Below, one piece after another: positions 30,820 through 37,258 of a stretch of 64,000 nt of DNA (within the stretch, counting starts at the first letter, position 1; the number at the start of each line of letters is the position of its first letter). The notes beneath the pieces are model-generated. The model was not told the DNA's origin, did not search any database, and worked only from the letters and a program-made list of their open reading frames with translations. Both the position numbers and the translations under genes were made by a program. Where the stretch lies: the NCBI GenBank assembly GCA_963770505.1, contig CAVYPR010000002.1, positions 36,902-100,901 on the forward strand. Reading direction: 5' to 3'. This DNA comes from an uncultured Actinomycetota bacterium (GTDB lineage: Bacteria > Actinomycetota > Acidimicrobiia > Acidimicrobiales > RAAP-2).

Positions 30820-30984
30820 ATGATCATCCTGCTCGCCCTGCTCATCGTGATCCTCTTCGCCGGCCTGGGCTTCGCCCTCCACGCACTGTGGATCCTGGCC
30901 GCCGTGCTCCTCATCGCATGGCTGGTGGGGGTGGGGCTCGGTCGCGGCGAACGGGCCGGCAGCCACCGCTTCTACCGGTGGTGA
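30820..30984 (+). CDS. 54-aa two-TM hydrophobic stress-type protein (actinobacterial small hydrophobic protein ending in FYRW)
   Basis: MIILLALLIVILFAGLGFALHALWILAAVLLIAWLVGVGLGRGERAGSHRFYRW. GGGAGG RBS 8 nt upstream. Too short for the supplied ORF track. Confidence 0.65.
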   Translation: MIILLALLIVILFAGLGFALHALWILAAVLLIAWLVGVGLGRGERAGSHRFYRW

Positions 30985-31012
30985 CGGCGCCGGCCGGGCC
31001 TCTGGCGACGCG

Positions 31013-31039
31013 GGTTTCGCGCCGCGGGGCCCGGGGCAT
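31013..31039 (+). promoter_or_regulatory. candidate SigF/SigB-type promoter (GGTTT-N16-GGGCAT)
   Basis: gcgGGTTTcgcgccgcggggcccgGGGCATcgg lies about 55 nt upstream of ATG 31095. One mismatch in the -10. Confidence 0.4.
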
Positions 31040-31094
31040 CGGATGTCTACGGCCAGGCGCGCGCTCGGCCGACGGGCCGAGAAGGGAGTGGCGC

Positions 31095-31403
31095 ATGCGG
31101 AACCTCTGGAAGGGCCTCGTCATCGGAGGGCTGACGGGCGTGGCCGCCGGGATCGTCGTCGACCTGGGTGAGTCCGGATGGCAGTCGATCGGGCGGGCGG
31201 CCCGCAGGGCGCAGCGCCACGCGCCGGCCGCCGCCGGGCGCATGAAGGCCACGGGGGCCTCGGGGTCCGGGCGGGTCGAGGACGCGGTCGCCGGTGTGGC
31301 CGGGAAGGTCGAGCCGTCCAAGATCGCCGAGCGGGCGGTGTCCACCGCCGAGCGGGTCGCCGACATGGTCAACGAGAAGGTCGGGGCCGGGCACGGGACG
31401 TGA
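31095..31403 (+). CDS. YtxH-like membrane-anchored general-stress protein
   Basis: MRNLWKGLVIGGLTGVAAGIVVDL is a TM helix, followed by an Ala/Arg/Glu-rich helical region. GAAGGGAG RBS 6 nt upstream of the ATG. Confidence 0.55.
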   Translation: MRNLWKGLVIGGLTGVAAGIVVDLGESGWQSIGRAARRAQRHAPAAAGRMKATGASGSGRVEDAVAGVAGKVEPSKIAERAVSTAERVADMVNEKVGAGHGT

Positions 31404-31477
31404 CGTCCGCGGCGCCGGGACCCGCCCGGGCCGCCCCGCACGGCAGCTACCAGGTCCACACGAAGGAGGTCATCGAG

Positions 31478-31999
31478 ATGAGTGAGGTACGAGAGATCCA
31501 CCACGTCTTCGACGACGGCAGCCCGGACGACGGCGGCTACGAGGAACGCCGGGTCGTCCGGCGCCGGGCGTGGAGCCCGACCCAGTTCGTGGTCCTGGCC
31601 GTGGGCCTGGTCCTGATCGTCATCGGCGGGGTGGCTCTGGCCCGGACGGGCCTGCACTACACAGCGGTGCCGTTCACCCGGGTCAAGGTGGCGGGACTCG
31701 GCTTCACGTCGATGTCGGCCACCGTCACCCTGGCCGCCGGGGTGATGCTCGCCTGCAACTGCGCCGGCCCCGCGGCCGCCCGCACGGCCGCCTGGCTCTT
31801 CGGTGTGGTCTTCGTGGCCTTCGGACTGGTGGTGGCCCTGGCCCCGACAGCCTTCTCCAACATGTGGGGGTTCTCGGCCGCCAACGGCGTGGCGATCACC
31901 GTCTGCGGAGCCGTGCTGACGGTGGCCGCGGCCGTCTTCCCCGTGCTCGACGGGGCCACCACGTCGTACTCCCGCGGCCGGCACCGGGTGGCCCGCTGA
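31478..31999 (+). CDS. hypothetical integral membrane protein (about 4 TM helices)
   Basis: GAAGGAGG RBS 8 nt upstream. An acidic N-terminus is followed by FVVLAVGLVLIVIGGVALA, TVTLAAGVMLACNCAG, WLFGVVFVAFGLVVALA and VAITVCGAVLTVAAAVF. Confidence 0.6.
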   Translation: MSEVREIHHVFDDGSPDDGGYEERRVVRRRAWSPTQFVVLAVGLVLIVIGGVALARTGLHYTAVPFTRVKVAGLGFTSMSATVTLAAGVMLACNCAGPAAARTAAWLFGVVFVAFGLVVALAPTAFSNMWGFSAANGVAITVCGAVLTVAAAVFPVLDGATTSYSRGRHRVAR

Positions 32000-32031
32000 G
32001 GGGGGACCGGATCCTGGACCGAGGGGATGCC

Positions 32032-32265
32032 ATGCCGCCGCGAGCACGGAGCAGGAGGCGAGCACGCCGGGGCGGGCACATCGAGGGCGGCCGGGACGAG
32101 CGGGGGAACCCCGGGGCCGAGCAGACCGCCGGGACCCTCGACACCGGGCGGGCCGGTGCGACCTCGACCCACGACGCGTCGTCGTGGCACCGTGGTGGCC
32201 GCCGGTTGCCCCAGGGTCCCGGTGGGCGCACCCCCGCCCGGCACGAGGCGGCGGTCGGCGGGTGA
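32032..32265 (+). CDS. hypothetical small basic/disordered protein (low confidence)
   Basis: ATG start and GC3-rich frame. Its TGA overlaps the GTG of the next ORF (GTGA). No recognisable domain. Confidence 0.3.
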   Translation: MPPRARSRRRARRGGHIEGGRDERGNPGAEQTAGTLDTGRAGATSTHDASSWHRGGRRLPQGPGGRTPARHEAAVGG

Positions 32266-32552
32266 GGCGCCGTCAGCGGCGGTCGAGCGCCCTCGACGCG
32301 CTCGAGCGGGAGGACCGGGCGCTCCTCGAGCTCTTCGGGGCCATTCCGGTGATCGAGCGGGCCCCGGCCGACGGGCGGTTGGACCTGTTCGCCGACGAGG
32401 GGTCCACCGCCCACTCACCGCTGCAGCTGCACCCCGGCGACCCGCGGTGGTACGAGCGGGCGCCGGTCGCCTCACCGGTCCTCACCTGGTACGCGCACCG
32501 GCACGGGGACCGGGGCTTGGCGCGCCGCGAGGGCGTCGAGCGCGCCGCCTGA
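32262..32552 (+). CDS. hypothetical protein (low confidence)
   Basis: GC3-rich frame reading SALDALEREDRALLELFGAIPVIERAPADGRLDLFADEGSTAH...WYERAPVASPVLTWYAHRHGD. The start is coupled to the preceding ORF. Confidence 0.35.
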   Translation: MRRRQRRSSALDALEREDRALLELFGAIPVIERAPADGRLDLFADEGSTAHSPLQLHPGDPRWYERAPVASPVLTWYAHRHGDRGLARREGVERAA

Positions 32553-32564
32553 GTCGTCGGTCGC

Positions 32565-33326
32565 TCAAGCGTCGAGGAGGTGGTTGTCCTCGCTGACGAT
32601 GGTCCGCAGCAGCTTGATGTTGGCGGTCAGGATCCGGCTGATCTGCATCTGGCTCAGGCCGACCCGTCCGGCGATCTCCGACTGGGTCATCCCGTCCACG
32701 AAGCGCATGTGCACGATGACCCGGTCCCGCGGGCTCAGGTGCTCGAGGGCCTTGGCCAGCAGCGAGCGCTCCTCGATCTGGGAGAGGTTGCGGTCCACCT
32801 CGCTCAGGACCGAGGCCAGTGTCTGGCCACCGGCCGCCGGCGCGTCGAGGGACGACGTGCGGTAGTTGCGGCCCGCCTCGGTGGCCTCGAGGACGTCCTC
32901 CTCGGAACGCCCGACGGCGGCCGCCAGCTCGGCGACCGTCGGGGCCCGGCCGAGCCGCTGGGAGAGCTCCTCGATGTGGTGGCCGAGCTCCAGGTAGAGC
33001 TCCTGGACGCGCCGCGGGGCCCGGATGGCCCACCCCCGGTCGCGGAAGTGCCGCTTGAGCTCCCCGACGATGTACTTGGCGGCGAAGGTGGAGAATTTGA
33101 CCCCCATCTCGGGGTCGAACCGGTCGACCGCCTTGACCAGGGCGAGCGACGCCACCTGGAAGAGGTCGTCGTAGGGCTCGCCGCGGTTGACGAACCGCCG
33201 GGCCACGTGGCCGGCCAGGTCGAGGTGGTCGGCCACCAACGCGTCGCGCAGGTCGCGGTCCTTGGTCCGGGAGAGTTCGACGAAGCGCTCGAGGTGCCCG
33301 TCGCGCTCACCCGCCCCGTCGGTCAT
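32565..33326 (-). CDS. SigF/SigB-type (group 3) RNA polymerase sigma factor
   Basis: RDALVADHLDLAGHVARRFVNRGEPYDDLFQVASLALVKAVDRFDPEMGVKFSTFAAKYIVGELKRHFRD (region 2) ...MTQSEIAGRVGLSQMQISRIL (region 4). ATG 33326 overlaps the anti-sigma TGA (ATGA). Confidence 0.9.
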   Translation of the reverse strand: MTDGAGERDGHLERFVELSRTKDRDLRDALVADHLDLAGHVARRFVNRGEPYDDLFQVASLALVKAVDRFDPEMGVKFSTFAAKYIVGELKRHFRDRGWAIRAPRRVQELYLELGHHIEELSQRLGRAPTVAELAAAVGRSEEDVLEATEAGRNYRTSSLDAPAAGGQTLASVLSEVDRNLSQIEERSLLAKALEHLSPRDRVIVHMRFVDGMTQSEIAGRVGLSQMQISRILTANIKLLRTIVSEDNHLLDA

Positions 33327-33745
33327 CGCGTCGCCTGTCCCCGCTTCTTCTCGAGCCATCCGCAGGGCCGGTCGAGATGGCGCTCGAACCCGTACCGGTC
33401 CACCAGGGCGCCGATGAGCTGCTCGGAGAGGTCGCTCGGCCGCCAGTCGTCGCCGACGGTGCCGGTGTCGGGTGAACCGTCGGGGGACGGCTCGCTCACG
33501 CACCGGACCATGACCGTGTCACCCCGGCGGCTGAAGGTGACCCGGATCGAGGACCCGTCCCCGAAGGCACCCACCGCCGCGCACAGCTCGTCGACGGCCA
33601 GGCGCAGGTCCTCGACCTCGTCGATGTCGAAGCCGGCATGTGCCGCCACGGTGGCCGCGGCGAACCGGGCGAGCGTCACGAGCGCCTCGGTGGCCGGGAA
33701 GGCGAGCTCGACGTCGGCCGTGTCGGTGCCGGTGGCGGCGGTCAC
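33323..33745 (-). CDS. UsfX/RsbW-like anti-sigma factor (HATPase-like fold lacking the N-box Asn)
   Basis: ELAFPATEALVTLARFAAATVAAHAGFDIDEVEDLRLAVDELCAAV closely parallels the M. tuberculosis UsfX motif DLRLAVDEVC. GTGA overlap with the upstream STAS gene and ATGA overlap with the sigma gene. Confidence 0.75.
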   Translation of the reverse strand: MTAATGTDTADVELAFPATEALVTLARFAAATVAAHAGFDIDEVEDLRLAVDELCAAVGAFGDGSSIRVTFSRRGDTVMVRCVSEPSPDGSPDTGTVGDDWRPSDLSEQLIGALVDRYGFERHLDRPCGWLEKKRGQATR

Positions 33746-34086
33746 CTGGCGTCCCCCTCGAGGGCGCCGGTGGCCGAGGACAGGCTGTCGTGGACGCTGA
33801 ACTCGTCGAGCAGGCCGGTGATGCGCAGGACCTTGACGATCCGGGGCTCGGTCACCACGAGGTGGAGGGTGCCGCCGGCGGCCCGGCACCGCTTGAGCGA
33901 CCCGACCAGGACCCCGAGGGCTACCGAGTCGAGGAAGGTCGCCTCGCGCAGGTCGACGACGATGGTCGTGGCCCCGTCGTCGGCCAGCCGGTCGAGTCGC
34001 TCTTGGACCTGCGGCGCCTGGGCAAGGTCGATCTCGCCGCTCAGGTGAACGACGGGCGGCGTGCCCTCGCTGATCGGTTCGTCCAT
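33742..34086 (-). CDS. STAS-domain anti-sigma-factor antagonist (RsbV/SpoIIAA-like, phosphorylatable Ser present)
   Basis: VVHLSGEIDLAQAPQVQERL...TIVVDLREATFLDSVALGVLVG...KVLRITGL. AAGGGAG RBS 7 nt upstream of the ATG. Confidence 0.85.
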   Translation of the reverse strand: MDEPISEGTPPVVHLSGEIDLAQAPQVQERLDRLADDGATTIVVDLREATFLDSVALGVLVGSLKRCRAAGGTLHLVVTEPRIVKVLRITGLLDEFSVHDSLSSATGALEGDAR

Positions 34087-34164
34087 CTCCGTGCTCCCTT
34101 CGACACGCGGTCACCGGGCGCGGCCGGTTGCCGGTCTAGAGGCAGTATGCCTGGTAGATCCGCC

Positions 34165-34190
34165 GTTTGCTTCACGGCGTCGGTGGGTAT
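34165..34190 (+). promoter_or_regulatory. candidate SigF/SigB-type promoter (GTTT-N16-GGGTAT) upstream of the PP2C phosphatase gene
   Basis: ccgccGTTTgcttcacggcgtcggtGGGTATagg has a perfect -10 consensus and lies about 50 nt upstream of ATG 34244. Confidence 0.6.
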
Positions 34191-34243
34191 AGGGGTAGTG
34201 CCAGACGCGCCGAACAGCCGACGCCCGCCCCGCCCGACCACCG

Positions 34244-36514
34244 ATGCCGGGAGGCGGAGGGCCAGGCAGGGGGACGTGGAGCCGCCAGACCGTCTGGGCG
34301 GTTCGCAGCGACGACATGCGACGAACCACGAACAACGGGGCGCAGCGCCCGGCAGTGTCTCCCGGCACGGTGTGCCGCGTGCCCGATGCGGTCGAGCGGT
34401 GGCTGGAGGGCCTGGGCGAGGCGGTCGTGGCCATCGACGACCGCGGCCGGGTGGTCTACGCCACCGCGCCCGCCGAGACACTCCTGGGCTGGCCGCGCGG
34501 CACCATCGTCGGCACGCCGGTCAGCGAGGTGGTGCCGGCGAGGCTGCGCAAGTACCTCCCCGCGGAGGCGTCGAGCTTCCCCGAGACGCTCGGCGCCATG
34601 GTGGGTCGGCCCTTCCGGACGTTCGCCCGTCGCTACGACGGTTCGGAGATCCCCACCGAGATGATGCTGGGCGTGGTCCACACCGACCAGGGCGAGCTGT
34701 TCACCGCGGTCATGCGCCGTCGCACCGCACCGCACCTCTCGCGCTGGAGCGCGTTGACGGCGACCCTGTTCGACACCCTCAACCGCCTCGACCCCGACGT
34801 GTCGGTCGACGACCAGCTCCTCGAGGCCCTCGGTCGGCAGCTGCGCTGTGACCTGGCGACCCTGTGGGCGCTCGACACGGCCGGCCGCCTGGTGTGCCGA
34901 GCCATCTGGTCGAACCCGACACGCGATCCCGAGGACCGGTTCCGGTCGGCCCGGTCCCCCGAGGTGTTCGCCGAGGTCTCGCTACCCCACCACGTGCTGC
35001 GCACCGGTGAGCCGATCTGGGTGCCCGACCTCGGCGCCGACAGCCGGTTCGCCCCGGGACCGGCGGCCCGCTCCGGGCTGACCACGGCGACCGTCTTCCC
35101 CGTCCGCTACGGCGGCGCCGTGGTGGGCGTCGTCGAGCTGTTCACCGCCGAGCGGGCCCCCGGCGACCCCGGACTGGTCGACCTGGTCCGGGCGGTGAGC
35201 CGACCGGTCGGCGAGCTGCTGGGCGCGATGGAGGTGGCCGCCGAGCGGGAGCAGCTGGTCAGGGAGCTGACCACGGCCCGGATGCGCCAGGAGTTCGTGC
35301 TCGGGGCCACCCGGGTGGTGGCCGAGGCCGCCGACTACACGACGACCCTGGAGCGGCTGGCCGCCGTCGCCGTGCCGGTGCTCGGCGACCTGTGCATCAT
35401 CGACGTGGTCGACGACGCCGGGAGCTTCGCTCGCATGGCCTGCCACCACCGCGATCCCACCAAGGCCGACTTGGTCCGCGAGCTGCGGGAGCGGTACCCG
35501 CCGGACCCCAACGGCCGCCATCCGACCGTCGACGTGGTCGCCCAGGGCCGGTCCCGCTGGTCGGGCGTGATGACCGACAGCTTCCTGCGGACCACGTGCC
35601 GGGACGACCGCCACTACCAGATCGTGAGGACGCTGGGCTTCGAGTCCTACATGGCTGTCCCCCTGATGGCCAACGGGCGGGTGCTCGGCACGGTGACGCT
35701 GGTGTCGGCCGGGTCGGGTCGGCGCTTCGACAGCGAGGACCTCGACTGGGCCGAGCAGCTTGCCGTCCAGGTGTCCTCGGTGCTCGACCAGGCGCGCCGC
35801 CACCAGCACGAGGCCACCGTCTCCCACACGCTGCAGCGCAGCCTCCTGCCCGGCTCCCTGCCGGTGGTCGAAGGGGTGGAGCTGGCCGCCCGCTACCTGC
35901 CGGCGACCACCTACGCCGAGGTCGGCGGAGACTGGTACGACGTGGTGGCCGACGGCGACCGCCTTTGCCTGGTCATCGGGGACGTCGAGGGCCACGACCT
36001 GCACGCGGCCACGGTGATGGCGAACCTCCGCCACGGCCTCTGCCTCCTCCTGGCCGAGGGGATCTCGCCGTCGGAGGCACTGGACCGGCTCAATCGCTTC
36101 TCGCTGCGCTCGAACCTCGACCGGATGGCCACGCTCCTCATCACCGACATCGACCTGTCGACGGGCACCATGAGCGTGGCCAGCGCCGGCCACTTCCCCC
36201 CGGTGGTCCGCAGGTTCGGCGGCGCGGAGCTCGTCGACGTCACCCCCGTCCCCCCCATCGGCGTCGTCTCGGGGAGGCCGGTCGGGCAGGTGACCATCTC
36301 GGTGTCCGATGCCGACGTGGTCCTCTACACCGACGGGTTGGTGGAGGGCCCGACGGCCGATCTCGATCGCCGGCTCGCCGACCTCGTCGAGGCGGTGTGC
36401 ACCGGACCCCAGGGCCCCGGAGCGATCTGCGACCACGTGCTCGGCTCCCTGGTGCCCGGCCGCGACCGGCTGGACGACGTGGCGGTGCTGGTCGCCTCCC
36501 TCGGCCGCTCCTGA
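34244..36514 (+). CDS. PAS-GAF-PP2C (SpoIIE/RsbU-type) serine phosphatase
   Basis: PAS-like: LGEAVVAIDDRGRVVYATAPAETLLGWPRGTIVG. Two GAF-like regions follow. PP2C: LQRSLLPGSLP...LAARYLPA...VGGDWYDV...LVIGDVEGHDLHAA...ASAGHFPP...LYTDGLVE. An alternative start is ATG 34316. Confidence 0.85.
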   Translation: MPGGGGPGRGTWSRQTVWAVRSDDMRRTTNNGAQRPAVSPGTVCRVPDAVERWLEGLGEAVVAIDDRGRVVYATAPAETLLGWPRGTIVGTPVSEVVPARLRKYLPAEASSFPETLGAMVGRPFRTFARRYDGSEIPTEMMLGVVHTDQGELFTAVMRRRTAPHLSRWSALTATLFDTLNRLDPDVSVDDQLLEALGRQLRCDLATLWALDTAGRLVCRAIWSNPTRDPEDRFRSARSPEVFAEVSLPHHVLRTGEPIWVPDLGADSRFAPGPAARSGLTTATVFPVRYGGAVVGVVELFTAERAPGDPGLVDLVRAVSRPVGELLGAMEVAAEREQLVRELTTARMRQEFVLGATRVVAEAADYTTTLERLAAVAVPVLGDLCIIDVVDDAGSFARMACHHRDPTKADLVRELRERYPPDPNGRHPTVDVVAQGRSRWSGVMTDSFLRTTCRDDRHYQIVRTLGFESYMAVPLMANGRVLGTVTLVSAGSGRRFDSEDLDWAEQLAVQVSSVLDQARRHQHEATVSHTLQRSLLPGSLPVVEGVELAARYLPATTYAEVGGDWYDVVADGDRLCLVIGDVEGHDLHAATVMANLRHGLCLLLAEGISPSEALDRLNRFSLRSNLDRMATLLITDIDLSTGTMSVASAGHFPPVVRRFGGAELVDVTPVPPIGVVSGRPVGQVTISVSDADVVLYTDGLVEGPTADLDRRLADLVEAVCTGPQGPGAICDHVLGSLVPGRDRLDDVAVLVASLGRS

Positions 36515-36555
36515 GCAGGCCGTTCGGCGGGCCGGGACCGGTCCGTCCGGCGCGC

Positions 36556-36581
36556 GGTTGGGTCGGGTGGCCGGCGGGTAA
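36556..36581 (+). promoter_or_regulatory. candidate SigF/SigB-type promoter (GGTTG-N15-GGGTAA)
   Basis: cgcGGTTGggtcgggtggccggcGGGTAAtga lies about 40 nt upstream of the hemerythrin-like ATG 36624 (RBS GGGAGG at 36614-36619). Confidence 0.5.
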
Positions 36582-36623
36582 TGACCTGCACGAGGGACGC
36601 CGGAGCCAGTGACGGGAGGCACC

Positions 36624-36920
36624 ATGACCACGACGTCGGAGACGGACGTGCTCGTGTTGGTGGAGCAGGACCACTGCGGCTTCGAGCAGCTGCTGGTCCG
36701 CTTCAAGGAGGTCGAGCCGACCCAGCATGACGCCCTGTTCTGGGAGTTCGTGGCCGCCCTGGCCCGCCATGAGATCGTCGAGGAGGTCGTCATCTACCCG
36801 GCGCTCGGGCGGTCGAGACGATCGGCGGGCCCCGAGGCGCCCGCGCCGTCGGCCGGGCGCCGGGTGGCGCACGCGCTGGCGGCGTGGATGCGACCCGAGC
36901 CCGTGGCCCAGGGGCTCTGA
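36624..36920 (+). CDS. hemerythrin-like (HHE cation-binding) domain protein, apparently truncated or frame-disturbed after about 60 aa
   Basis: DVLVLVEQDHCGFEQLLVRFKEV...ALFWEFVAALARHEIVEEVVIYPAL matches the first His/Glu helix pair of bacterial hemerythrins. Downstream of about 36805 the frame turns into Arg/Ala/Pro-rich low-complexity sequence. Confidence 0.5.
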   Translation: MTTTSETDVLVLVEQDHCGFEQLLVRFKEVEPTQHDALFWEFVAALARHEIVEEVVIYPALGRSRRSAGPEAPAPSAGRRVAHALAAWMRPEPVAQGL

Positions 36921-36925
36921 CGGCG

Positions 36926-37249
36926 ATGGCGTCGGCAACCGAGCAGCCGGCGACCGAGCCGGCGGTCCAGGCGGCGCGTGACCGGGGGATCGGCCCGTGG
37001 CTGGACTTCGGCGACGTGGAGGACCAGCTGCGGGTGGTGCAGCCCGTCGCCGTCCGCAAAGAGGTGCCGGCCCCGATGGTCCCCTTCTACGGACTGCTGG
37101 CCGCCGAGCACGGCTACCGCGTCGAGGGTGTCGCCCACGACCCGGCTGCCGTCCGGGTGGTCCTCCTTCGGCTGCCCGGCGCCGCCGACATTCCTCGGCG
37201 CGCGCCGGGCGGCTCGCAGAAGGGACAGGGCGTCAGGACCATGGCCTGA
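36926..37249 (+). CDS. hypothetical protein (may be the displaced C-terminal part of the hemerythrin-like gene)
   Basis: GC3-rich frame reading GIGPWLDFGDVEDQLRVVQPVAVRKEVPAPMVPFYGLLAAEHGYRVEGVAHDPAAVRVVLLRL. No family recognised. Confidence 0.35.
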   Translation: MASATEQPATEPAVQAARDRGIGPWLDFGDVEDQLRVVQPVAVRKEVPAPMVPFYGLLAAEHGYRVEGVAHDPAAVRVVLLRLPGAADIPRRAPGGSQKGQGVRTMA

Positions 37250-37258
37250 GCCGACCGC

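Noticed and set aside
34087-34164. SigF/SigB-type autoregulatory promoter for the STAS-2/anti-sigma/sigma operon on the minus strand
   Set aside because: I found no WTWCCC...AAAC pattern (the reverse complement of the motif) in the 160 bp upstream of ATG 34086. Only weak housekeeping-like hexamers (CATACT) are present, so I call no promoter.
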